Below, piece by piece: positions 11,017 through 22,900 of a stretch of DNA of 64,000 nucleotides. The DNA is from an uncultured Bacillota bacterium (GTDB taxonomy: Bacteria; Sysuimicrobiota; Sysuimicrobiia; Sysuimicrobiales; Segetimicrobiaceae), in NCBI GenBank assembly GCA_963804645.1, contig CAWDRG010000018.1:1-64000 (forward strand), written 5' to 3'. The notes under the pieces were generated by a model that saw only the letters and a list, made by a program, of their open reading frames with translations, made no database searches and was not told the origin of the DNA. Within the stretch, counting starts at the first letter, position 1, and the number at the start of each line of letters is the position of its first letter. Made by a program: the position numbers and the translations under genes.

Positions 11017-11049
11017 CCGGGAATGGGATGCATGTTTCCGGCTTCTTTC
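11012..11049 (+). terminator. Intrinsic terminator-like hairpin forming the riboswitch expression platform
   Basis: GAAGCCGGGAA (11013-11023) pairs with TTTCCGGCTTC (11035-11045), followed by TTTC. Its 5' arm overlaps the aptamer 3' P1 strand. The U-tract is short. Confidence 0.65.
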
Positions 11050-11295
11050 ATGTGTGCCGCTGTCTGGAGGAACGCGCGATGCCGGACCGAGACGGAGCGA
11101 TCGGCTTCCATAAAGGTGGCGCTGGCAGCGTCGAGCGTCGCCGTGCCGCGCGCGGCGCGACTGCGTCGGGTCACGGTGCCGGCCGACCGGCACGGCGGTG
11201 TATCGGCTGGCGTGGCTCGTCTCGACGGGATTGGGGCCTTCAGCGGGCATCGTTGACGGTATCGACTCCTGGCATCCTCGGGCGGTTTGTGAGCG

Positions 11296-13635
11296 TTGGG
11301 GCGGCGTAGCGCTCGTGGCACGTGGTCCCGCGTCCGGAGGGACGCCTGTTGCGCGGCGGTGATCGTCGCGCTGATGGTGTCACTCCAGGGCGCCGCGCTC
11401 GTCATCCCGGCGGAGGCGCAGAGCTGTATCTCGAACGGCATGGGCACCACCGACTGTGAGGTCCCGACCGGCAGCTTCACGTATAACACGGCGATCACCG
11501 ACACGAACCTCGTCATCAACACGACCAGCCCCAACAACGGCACCCTCACGCTCGGCGGGACCAACACCCAGACCAACACCACGATCGACGCGGGCCAGGT
11601 GGACGTTAGCAGCGCCGCCAACCTCGGCGGCGCGGGGGCCGGCCTCACCCTGACGATCGGCGGCTCGCAGGCGGGCGGCGGCAATACGTTTGGGAACGTG
11701 CTGGAGACGACGGGGTTCACGTGGAACGGCGGCATCACGACCGGCGGGACCGGCGGGGACCTGAGCGTCAGTTCGGGACAGTCGGGGACGTTCACCGGGA
11801 ACATCAATAACGCGGCCGCCCTGGACGTCGGAAGCAACGGGACGGGGACGGTCACGCTGTCCGGGATCATCAGCGGCGCCGGGGCACTCACGCTGAACGG
11901 CGGCACGCTGCTGCTGTCCGGGACGAACACGTACACGGGCGGCACGACGATCGCGGCCGGCACGCTCCAGGTCGGCGCGGACGCGAAACTCGGCAACGCC
12001 GCCGGGAGCGTCACGTTGAACGGCGGCATCCTGGAGGCGACGTCGACCTTCGCGTCGGCGCGGAACATCACGCTCGGCGGGGGTACCTTCCAGCCGGATA
12101 GCGGGGTGACGCTGACGCTCTCGGGGGTGCTGAGTGGGTCAGGCGGCCTGACCCTGACCGGGGCCGGGACGCTCGTGCTGAGCGGGACGAACACGTTTAC
12201 CGGCGGCATCAGCGTCACGACGGGCACCCTCTCGTTCGGCGCGGACAACAACCTCGGCAACGCCAGCAACAACATCACCCTGAACGCCGGGACGCTTCTG
12301 AGCGCGGGCAACTTCACGTCCGCGCGCAACCTCACGCTGAGCAACGGTGCCACCATCACGGTGACCACAGGCGGGGGGCCGCTGACGCTCTCCGGCACGC
12401 TCAGCGGCAGCGGCGGGCTGAACGCCAACGGCACCGGGCGGCTGGTCCTCACGGGCGTGAACACGTTCACGGGCACGGTCACGGTCACCACCGGACAGCT
12501 CCAGGTCACCGCCGACAACCAGTTCGGGAACGCGGCCAACTCGATCACCCTCAACAACGACGGACGGCTGTTCCTTTTCTCGGGCTTCGCCTCCGCGCGC
12601 AACATCACGCTGAGCGCGGGCAACGAGAACATCACGCCGTTCTCCGGGACTACCACGCTGTCGGGGGTCCTCAGCGGGAGCGGCACGCTGACCCCGGCCG
12701 GGGGTGCTGGCGGCACGCTGGTGCTCTCCGGGACCAACACCTACACGGGCGGCACGAATGTCGACATGAGTGGGGGGGCGCTCTCGGTGAGCGCGGACGC
12801 GAACCTGGGCGCCGCCTCGGGTGCGCTCACACTGACCACCGCCACGCTTCAGACGACGGCGACCTTCAGTTCGGCGCGGAGCGTGACGCTGGCGGGAGGG
12901 ACGATCAGCCCGAACGCCGCGACGACGCTGACGCTGTCGGGCTTGGTGAGCAGCAGCGGCGGGCTCCTGCTGAACGGGGCGGGGACGCTGCTCCTGTCCG
13001 ACGCCAGCAACAGCTTTACGGGTAACGTCACGATCACGGCCGGCAACCTGAGCGTGGGCGCGAACGGTGACCTGGGCGCCGGGGCCAACACGGTGACGCT
13101 GAACGGCGGGGCGCTGGAGGCCAATGCGACGTTCGCGTCGGCGCGGAGCATCACGCTGGGCGGCGGCGCGTTCCAGCCGGACAGCGGGGCCACGCTGACG
13201 CTGTCGGGCTTGCTGAGCGGCAGCAGCGGACTGACGGTGAACGGAGCGGGGACGCTGCTGCTCTCCGACGCCAGCAACAGCTTTACGGGTAACGTCACGA
13301 TCACGGCCGGCAACCTGAGCGTGGGCGCGAACGGTGACCTGGGCGCCGGGGCCAACACGGTGACGCTGAACGGCGGGGCGCTGGAGGCGAATGCGACGTT
13401 CGCGTCGGCGCGGAGCATCACGCTCGGCGGTGGGGCGTTCCAGCCGGATAGCGGGGCCACGCTGACGCTGTCCGGGCTGTTGAGCGGCGGCAGCGGGCTC
13501 AAACTGAACGGAGCGGGGACACTCCTGCTTTCCGATGCCAGCAACAGCTTTACGGGTAACGTCACGATCACGGCCGGCAACCTGAGCGTGGGGGCGGATG
13601 CCGACCTGGGCGCCGGGGCCAACACGGTGACCTGA
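11296..13635 (+). CDS. Giant autotransporter 2, N-terminal part (signal peptide, Cys cap, passenger repeats); joins 13689..27395 across a -1 frameshift at ~13631
   Basis: Basic N-region plus hydrophobic AAVIVALMVSLQGAALV and an AEA|Q cleavage motif, then passenger repeats. GTGACCTGAAC at 13627 versus GTGACGCTGAAC in sister repeats. Exact start codon uncertain. Confidence 0.85.
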   Translation: MGRRSARGTWSRVRRDACCAAVIVALMVSLQGAALVIPAEAQSCISNGMGTTDCEVPTGSFTYNTAITDTNLVINTTSPNNGTLTLGGTNTQTNTTIDAGQVDVSSAANLGGAGAGLTLTIGGSQAGGGNTFGNVLETTGFTWNGGITTGGTGGDLSVSSGQSGTFTGNINNAAALDVGSNGTGTVTLSGIISGAGALTLNGGTLLLSGTNTYTGGTTIAAGTLQVGADAKLGNAAGSVTLNGGILEATSTFASARNITLGGGTFQPDSGVTLTLSGVLSGSGGLTLTGAGTLVLSGTNTFTGGISVTTGTLSFGADNNLGNASNNITLNAGTLLSAGNFTSARNLTLSNGATITVTTGGGPLTLSGTLSGSGGLNANGTGRLVLTGVNTFTGTVTVTTGQLQVTADNQFGNAANSITLNNDGRLFLFSGFASARNITLSAGNENITPFSGTTTLSGVLSGSGTLTPAGGAGGTLVLSGTNTYTGGTNVDMSGGALSVSADANLGAASGALTLTTATLQTTATFSSARSVTLAGGTISPNAATTLTLSGLVSSSGGLLLNGAGTLLLSDASNSFTGNVTITAGNLSVGANGDLGAGANTVTLNGGALEANATFASARSITLGGGAFQPDSGATLTLSGLLSGSSGLTVNGAGTLLLSDASNSFTGNVTITAGNLSVGANGDLGAGANTVTLNGGALEANATFASARSITLGGGAFQPDSGATLTLSGLLSGGSGLKLNGAGTLLLSDASNSFTGNVTITAGNLSVGADADLGAGANTVT

Positions 13636-13900
13636 ACGGCGGGGCGCTCGAGGCGAATGCGACGTTCGCGTCGGCGCGAAGCATCACATTGGGCGGCGGC
13701 GCGTTCCAGCCTGACAGCGGCGACACGCTGACACTGTCCGGATTGCTGAGCGGCGCCGGCGGGCTCACTCTGAACGGGGCGGGGACGCTGATTCTTTCCG
13801 ACGCCAGCAACAGTTTTACGGGCAACGTCACGATCACGGCCGGCAACCTCAGCGTGGCGGCGGACGGCGACCTGGGGGCCGCGGCCAACACGGTGACGCT
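12870..13900 (+). repeat. ~4 near-identical 267-bp (89-aa) tandem units in autotransporter 2
   Basis: GG(T/C)AACGTCACGATCACGGCC at 13021, 13288, 13555 and 13821; the last interval is 266 bp, which confirms the 1-bp deletion. Confidence 0.9.
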
Positions 13901-16900
13901 GAACGGCGGAGCACTCGTCACGACGGCGGGGTTCACGTCGGCGCGGAACATGACGCTCGGCGGCGGTGCCTTCACCACTAACGCCGTCGGGTTCACGGTC
14001 TCCGGGGTGCTCAGCGGCGCGGGCGGGCTCACCGAGAACGGCACCGGCCAGCTGATCCTGACGGGGACCAACACGTTCACCGGCGGCGTCACGATCTCAG
14101 GCGGAGAGGTCGAGATCAGCGCGGACAACAACCTCGGCAATGCCGCGAACAACATCACCCTGAGCGGGAACGGACGGGTGAGGGCAGTCGCGACCTTCGC
14201 GTCGGCCAGGAACATCACGCTCGGCGCCGGCGGCGGGAACCTCACTTCGTTTGGCGGCGGGCAAGTCCTTACGCTGTCCGGCGTAATCAGCGGGAGCGGC
14301 GCGCTGACGGCGCTCAACGGCGCCGGCACGCTGGTGCTGAGCGGGACCAACACGTACACCGGCGGCACGATCGTCCAGTTTCAGACGACCCAAATCAGCG
14401 CGGACGCGAACCTGGGTGCGGCCGCCGGGGGGCTGACGCTCAACGGCGGCAGCCTCATCACCACGGCGACGTTCAGTTCGGCGCGGGCCGTTACGCTCGG
14501 CGGCGCGACCTTCGCGCCCAGCGCCGCGACGACACTAACCTTGTCAGGGGTCCTGAGCAGCACCGGCGGGCTGAAGTTGAATGGGGCGGGGACGCTGCTC
14601 TTGTCCGGGACGAACACGTTCACGGGCGGCGTCACGATGACCGCCGGGAACCTCAGCGTGGACGCGGATGCCAATCTCGGGAACGCGGCGAACACGGTGA
14701 CGCTCAACGGCGGCGCTCTGGAAGCGAACGCGACCTTCGCATCGGCACGCAGCATCACCCTGGGGGGCGGCGCGTTCCAGCCGGATGGTGGGGCCACGCT
14801 GACCCTGTCGGGCCTCCTGAGCGGCAGCAGCGGACTGAAGGTGAACGGGGCCGGGACGCTGCTGCTTTCCGATGCCAGCAACAGCTTTACGGGTAACGTC
14901 ACGATCACGGCCGGCAACCTGAGCGTAGGGGCGGACGCCGACCTGGGCGCCGGGGCCAACACGGTGACGCTGAACGGCGGGGCGCTGGAGGCGAATGCGA
15001 CGTTCGCGTCGGCGCGCAGCGTCACGTTGGGCGGCGGCGCGTTCCAGCCGGACAGCGGCGACACGCTGACGCTGTCGGGATTGCTGAGTGGCGCCGGCGG
15101 GCTCAAACTGAACGGGGCGGGGACGCTCGTCCTTTCCGACGCCAGCAACAGCTATACGGGCGGCACCACGATCACAAACGGCACGCTGAGCGTGGGGGTC
15201 GACGCCGACATGGGCGCCGGAGCCAACATCGTGACGCTCAACGGTGGGACGCTGAACACCACGACGACGTTCACGTCGGCGCGGAACGTGACGCTCGGCG
15301 GGGGGGCGTTCGGCCCCAGCAGCGGGACGGGGCTGACGCTGTCGGGCGTGCTGAGCGGCAGTGGCGGCCTGACGGCGAACGGCCCGGGCAATTTGTCCCC
15401 CACCAATACGAACACGTTCACGGGCGGTGTCACGATCAACGCCGGGGTTGTCAACTGGACCGCCGACGCCAATTTTGGGAATGCGTCGAACGCAATCACC
15501 TTGAACGGCGGCCAGCTGGATGTGCGCGCGACCTTTACCTCGGCGCGCAACATCATCCTGGGCGGCGGCAACCTCAACACGGGGCTCGGCAACCCGATCA
15601 CGCTCACGGGCGTGATCAGCAGCGTGGGGAGCCCGGGATTCCTCATCAACGGCGGCGGCGGCGCGGTCGTGTTCACCGGCACGAACACGTATCAAGGTGG
15701 CACGACGATCGGGTTCAACTATGCCGCCGGCTATCTCAGCATCAGCGCGGATGCGAACCTGGGAAACGCGAGCGGCGGGGTCACGCTGACCGAAGGATTC
15801 CTCGATACGACGGCGACCTTCAGCTCGGCCCGGGCGTTCACGCTCAACGGCGGCGACTTCAACCCGAGCAGCGGGACGGTGTTCACGATCTCCGGCCTGC
15901 TGAGCGGCAGCGGCGGGCTCATTCTGAACGGGGCGGGGACGCTGCTCCTGTCCGACGCCAGCAACAGCTATACGGGCGGCAACACGATCACGACAGGCAA
16001 CCTCAGCGTGGGGGCGAACGGCGATCTGGGCGACGCTGCCAATACGGTGACGCTGAACGGTGGGGCGCTCGAGGCAAACGCGACGTTCACGTCGGCGCGG
16101 AGCATCACGCTGGGCGGCGGGGCGTTCCAGCCGGACAGCGGGGCCACGCTGACGCTGTCTGGCTTGTTGAGCGGCAGCGGGGGGTTGACGGTGAACGGGG
16201 CGGGGACGCTGCTGCTCTCCGACGCCAGCAACAGTTACACCGGCAACGTCACGATCACGGCCGGCAACCTGAGCGTCGGGGCGGATGCCGACCTGGGCAA
16301 TGCCGCCAACACGGTAACGCTCAACGGCGGGGCGCTCGAGGCGAACGTGACGTTCGCGTCGGCGCGGACGCTGACGCTGGGCGGCGGGGCGTTCCAGCCG
16401 GACAGCGGCGTTACGCTGACGCTGTCGGGGACCCTGAGCGGCAGCGGCGGATTGACCGTGAACGGGGCGGGGACGGTTGTGATCAGCGGGACGAACACGG
16501 TCACGAACGGCGTCACCGTGACGACCGGCACGCTGCAGGTGAGCGCCGACAACAAGCTGGGCAACGCGGCGAACGGCGTGACGCTCAACGCCGGCACGTT
16601 GCTCACGACCGCGACCTTCACCACCGCGCGCGCGATCTCGCTGTCGGGCGGCGGGACGATCGACGCGAGCGCCGGGAACTTGACCCAAACCGGGGTGATC
16701 TCCGGAAGCGGCGGGTTGACGACGGCAGGCGGCGGCGCCGTGGTGCTGTCGGGCACGAACACCTACACGGGCGGCACGACGATCAACGCAAACACGACCG
16801 TGTCCGCCGACGCCAACTTCGGAAACGCCGCGGGTGCACTCACCCTGGCTGACAACGTCATCCTACAGGCGAAGTCGAGCTTTTCGTCTGCGCGGGCAGT

Positions 16901-19900
16901 GACGCTGACCGGTATCTCGAATGGGACCGGATTTATCAACGAGCTGAACGGGGTGACGCTGACCCTCACCGGCGTGATCAGCGGCATCGGCAATCTGGTC
17001 GAACAGAGCGGCGGCGGGACGCTGGTGCTGTCCGGCACGAACACGTACCAGGGCGGGACCATCCTCCAGCCCGGGACCCTCAGTGTTGGCGCGGACGCCA
17101 ATTTGGGCGCGGCCTCGGGCGGGCTGACCCTGAATAGCGGCGGCACGCTGAAGACCACCGCCACGTTCGCCTCCGCCCGAGCCGTGACGCTCGGCGGCGC
17201 CACGATCAGCCCAAGCGCGGCGACGACGCTGACGCTGTCGGGGATCCTGAGCAGCACTGGGGGACTGACGCTGAATGGCGCCGGGACGCTGCTGCTGTCC
17301 GGGACCAACACGTTCACGGGTGGGGACACGATCACGGCCGGGAACCTGAGCGTGGGCGCGGACGCCAATCTCGGGAACGCGGCGAACACGATCACCCTGA
17401 ACGGTGGGGCGCTCGAGGCGAATGCGAGCTTCGCATCGGCGCGGAGCATCACGCTGGGCGGCGGGGCGTTCCAGCCGGACAGCGGGGCCACGCTGACCTT
17501 GTCGGGCCTGCTGAGCGGCAGCGGGGGGCTGACGGTGAACGGGGCGGGGACGCTGCTCCTCACCGACGCCAGCAACAACTATACGGGCGGCAACACGATC
17601 ACCACCGGCAACCTCAGTGTGGGGGCGGATGCCGACCTGGGCAACGCGGCGAACACGGTCACGCTCAACGGCGGGGCACTCGAGGCGAATGCGACGTTCG
17701 CATCGGCGCGGAACATCACGCTCGGCGGCGGCGCGTTCCAGCCGGACAGCGGGGCCACGCTGACCTTGTCGGGCCTGCTGAGCAGCACAGGCGGGCTCAA
17801 GCTGAACGGGGCGGGTACGCTCATCCTTTCTGACGCCAGCAACAGCTATACGGGCGGCAATACGATCACCACCGGCAACCTCAGCGTGGGGGCCGACGCG
17901 GACCTGGGCGCCCTGGCGAACGGCGTGACCTTCAATGGGGGGGCGCTGGCGACGACGGGGTCGTTCACGTCGGCGCGGACGGTGACAGCGGGGGCGGGGG
18001 GCGGCACGTTCACCCCGAGCGGGGGGACGACACTGACGCTGTCAGGGACGCTGACGGGCAGCGGGGCGCTGGCGCTCAACGGGGCCGGGCTGCTGCTCCT
18101 GACCGGCACGGCGAGCGGCGCCACAGGGACGTTCACGGTCACGAGCGGGACGCTGGAAGTCGGCAGTGCGGCGATCCCCGGCGTGACCTACGGCGGGAAC
18201 GTGGCGGTGCAGGCGGCCGGGACGCTGGCGGGGCACGGCACGGTGAGCGGGAACGTGACGAACGGCGGCACAGTGGCGCCGGGCGGGACGATCGGGACGC
18301 TGACGGTGATGGGGAACTACACGCAGGGAGCCGGGGACACACTCTCCATTGAAGCGAACCCGGCAACCTCCAGCGAGTTGGTGATCAGCGGCTCGGCGTC
18401 GCTGGCGGGGACGCTCGCGCTGACGTTCGACGCGGGGACATACACGGCGGGGACGGAGTACACGATCCTGACGGCGGCGGGCGGGGTCACGGGCACGTTC
18501 GGGACGCTGACGCAGGGCGGGGCGAGTATCGGCCTCCTGACGCCGGTGCTGAGTTACCAGGCGAATGCGGTGGACGTGACGCTGGACTCGGGCGCGTGCA
18601 CGGGGCCGGACCCGTTGGACTGCGAGGTGCCGACCGGTTCGACGCTGCCGTGGGTGGCGCAGATCACGGCGACGACGCTGGACCTGAACACGCAGAGTCC
18701 GAACAGCGGGACGATGGTGCTGTCGAACGCGGCGAACCAGCAGACGAGCACCAACGTGATCGCGGGTATCCTCAGCGTGAGCGCGGCGGGGAATCTGGGG
18801 GCGGCGCTGGGGGCGCTGACGCTGGGTGGGACGCAGGCAGGCGGCGGGGCCACGAACGGGACGCTGTCGATGACGACGGGCCTCGTGTGGGCGGGGAGCG
18901 TTGCGACGGCGGGGGCGGGCGGGACGCTCTTGGTGAGCACCGGGCAGACGAGCACGCTGTCGGGGAACGTCACGAACGCGGCGGGGCTGACGGTGGGGGA
19001 TGCGGGTGATGTCGGGGCGCTGACGCTGTCGGGGAACATCAGCGGGAGCGGAGCGGTCACGGTGAACGGCGGGACCGTCGTGCTGTCGGGGACCAACAGC
19101 TATACGGGCGGGACGACGGTGACGGCGGGGACGCTGCAGGTGAGCGCGGACAACAATCTCGGCGGGGCCGGGGCGGTGACGCTGAACGGCGGAACGCTGC
19201 AGAGCACGGCGACGTTCGCGTCGGCGCGGGCCGTGACCTTGGGCGGCGGCGCCCTCAGCCCGAACGCGGCAACCACGCTGACGCTGTCGGGCGTGCTGAG
19301 TGGCAGCGTGGGGCTGACGCTCAACGCGCCGGGGACGCTGGCGCTGTCGGGGACGAACACCTTCACGGGCGGGGTCACCGTCACCACGGGCACCTTGGCG
19401 GTCAGCGCCGACAACAACCTCGGTGCCGCGGCGAACACTGTGACCCTGAACGGGGGCACGCTGCAGACGACGGTGACGTTTGCGTCGGCGCGAAATGTGA
19501 CGCTCGGCGGCGGGGCGCTCAGCCCGAATGCGGGGACGACGCTGACGCTGTCGGGGGTGCTGAGCGGCGGCGTGGGGCTGACGCTCAACGCGCCGGGGAA
19601 ACTCGCGCTGACGGGGGCCAACACGTTTACGGGCGGGGTGACGGTCACGTCGGGCACCCTGGACGTGAGCGCCGACACTAACCTCGGTGCCGCGGCGAAC
19701 ACCGTGACGCTGAACGGCGGGACGCTCGAGAGTTCCGGGACCTTCACCTCCGCGCGCACGGTGACGCTCGGCGGCGGGAGCATCAGCCCGGACAGCGGGA
19801 CGGCGTTGACACTGTCGGCGGCGCTGGGCGGCACGGGTGGGCTCGCACTCAACGGCGCGGGGACGCTGGTCCTCACGGGGTCCAATTCCTTCACGGGCGG

Positions 19901-22900
19901 GGTGACGGTGACGTCGGGCACCCTGGACGTCAGCGTCGACTCTGATCTCGGTGCCGCGGCGAACACGGTGACGCTGAACGGCGGGACGCTCGAGAGTTCC
20001 GGGTCCTTCACCTCCGCGCGCGCGGTGACCCTCGGCGGCGGAACGTTCAGCCCGGACAGCGCGACGACGCTGACGCTGTCGGGCGTCCTGAGCGGCGGCG
20101 GCGGGCTTACGCTCAACGGCGCCGGGACGCTGGTCCTCACCAGCTCCAACTCCTTCACCGGCGGCGTCACGGTCACGGCGGGTACCCTGAGCGTGGGCGC
20201 CGACGCGAACTTCGGCAACGGACTGAACGGGGTGACGCTGAACGGGGGCACGCTCGCGACGACCGCGACGTTCGGCTCGTCCCGAACCGTGACGCTGGGC
20301 GGAGGAGCGATCAGCCCGAGCGCCACGACGACGCTGACCCTCAGTGGTGTCCTTAGCGGCGCGGGCGGGCTGATCCTTAACGGCGCGGGGACGCTCATCC
20401 TCGCCAGCGGTAACGCTTTCACCGGCGGCGTCACGGTGACGACCGGCACGCTGAGCGTGGGCGCAGACAGCGACCTGGGCAACGCCGCCAACGCGGTGAC
20501 GCTCAACGGGGGGGTGCTCCTGAGCACCGCGACGTTCACGTCGGCGCGGGCCGTGACGCTGGGCGGCGGAGTCTTCTCTCCAAGCGCTGCGACCACGCTC
20601 ACACTGTCGGGTGCCTTGGGTGGCGCGGGCGGGCTGACGCTGAATGGGGCGGGGACGTTGATCCTCTCTGATGCGAGCAACAATTACACGGGTGGGAACA
20701 CGCTGACGGCGGGGACGTTGAGTGTCGGGGCCGACGGCGACCTGGGCGCCCCGGCGAACGGTGTGACGTTCAATGGTGGGACCCTGGCGACGACGGGGAC
20801 GTTCACGTCGTCGCGGACGGTGACGGCCGGTGCGGGGGGCGGGACGTTCACCCCCACCGGTGGCACGACGCTGACCTTGTCGGGGACGCTGACGGGCAGT
20901 GGGGACTTGGCTCTCAACGGCGCCGGGATGCTGCTCTTGACCGGGACCGCCGGTGGGGCGACGGGGACGTTCACGGTAACGAGTGGGACTCTGGAAGTGG
21001 GCAGTGCGGCGATCCCCGGCGTGACGTACGGCGGGAACGTCGCGGTGCAGGCGGGTGGGACGCTGGCGGGCCACGGCACGGTAAGCGGCAACGTGACGAA
21101 CGCGGGCACGGTCGCGCCGGGGGGGACGATCGGGACGCTGACGGTGACGGGGAACTACACGCAGGGTGCCGGCGACGCGCTCTCGATTGAAGCCAATCCG
21201 GCGATGGCGAGCGAGCTGGTCGTGAGCGGGTCGGCGTCGCTCGCGGGGACGCTGGCGCTGACGTTCGACCCGGGGGCGTACACGGCGGGGACGGAGTACA
21301 CGGTCCTAACGGCGGCGGGCGGGGTGACGGGGACGTTCGGGACGCTGACGGTGGGCGGCGCGAGTCTCGGCCTCCTCACGCCGGAACTGAGCTACCAGGC
21401 CACGGCGGTCGATGTGACGCTGGAGCCGGGCGCGTGCACGGGACCGGATCCGCTGGACTGTGAGGTGCCGACCGGCGGGACGCTGCCGTGGGCGGCGCAG
21501 ATCACGGCCACGACGTTGGACCTGAACACGCAGAGTCCCAACAGCGGGATGCTTATGCTCACCGCACTCAACAATCAGCAGACGAGCAACAACGTGATCG
21601 CCGGGACGCTGAGCGTGAGCGATGCCCGGAATCTTGGATCGGCGGCCGGGGCGCTGACGCTGGGCGGGACGCAGACGGGCGGCGGGGCCACCAACGGGGC
21701 GCTGCTCATGACGGGCGCGATCACGTGGGCCGGGAGCGTGACGACTGCGGGCGCGGGCGGGACGCTGCTGGTGGCGACCGGGCAGACGAGCACGCTGTCG
21801 GGGGCCGTGGCCGACGCGGCGGGGTTGACGGTCGGGAGCGCGGGCGATACCGGGATTCTGATACTGTCGGGGGTCGTCAGCGGGGCGGGCGGCGTGACCG
21901 TGAGCGGTGGCACGCTCACCCTCAGCGGGACGAACACGTACCAGGGCGGGACGACGCTCACCGCGGGGACGCTGGAGGTCAGCGCGGACAGCAACCTCGG
22001 CAACGCGCCGGGGCCGCTGACGTTGAACGGGGGGACGCTCGCGGTCACGAGCGGCGGATTTGGGACGTCGGCGCGACCGATCACCCTGGCGGGTAGCGGT
22101 GGAACGATCAGCAACGGCGGCAACAACGCCACGTTCTCCGGGATGATCTCCGGACCCGGTACGCTGGTGCTGGCGGGGGCCGGGACGACGACGCTCTCGG
22201 GTGCCAACACGTACACGGGCGGTACGACAGTGACCGGCGGGACGGTCAGCGTCGCCAGCCCGAGCAACCTCGGCGCGGCCTCCGGCACGCTTACCCTCAA
22301 CGGTGCGACGCTGCTGATCAACGCCGGCGGCTTCGGAACCCTCTCGCAGACGATCGCGCTGAACGGCGGCGGGACGCTGAACAATGGCGGCAATGCGGCA
22401 GTGTTCTCGGGAGTCGTCTCCGGGAACGGCGGCCTCACCGACGCTGGCGCGGGAACCACCACGCTGAGCGGTACGAACACCTACACGGGCGGCACGACGG
22501 TCACCGCCGGGACGCTGAGCGTGAGCGCGGACAACAACCTCGGCGATCCCGCCAACGCGCTGATCCTGAGCGGCGGCACGCTCGTGACGACGGGGTCGTT
22601 CGCCTCCGCCCGGGCCGTGACCCTGGGCGGCGGCACGATCAGTCCGAACGCCGCCACGACGCTGACCCTGTCCGGGGTCCTCAGTGGCGCGGGCGGCCTG
22701 ATCCTCAACGGCGCCGGGACCCTGGTGCTCTCCGGCGTCAATACGTTCACCGGCGGTGCCACGGTCGCCGCCGGGACGCTGAGCGTCGGCGCGGATAACA
22801 ACCTCGGTGATCCCGCCAATGCGCTGATCCTCAACGGCGGAACACTCGTGACGACGGGGTCGTTCGCCTCCGCCCGATCCGTGGCCCTCGGCGGCGGCAC

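Noticed and set aside
12330..17100. Diversity-generating retroelement as the source of the variable cassettes
   Set aside because: No reverse transcriptase or template repeat in the window; differences include indels and are not adenine-specific.
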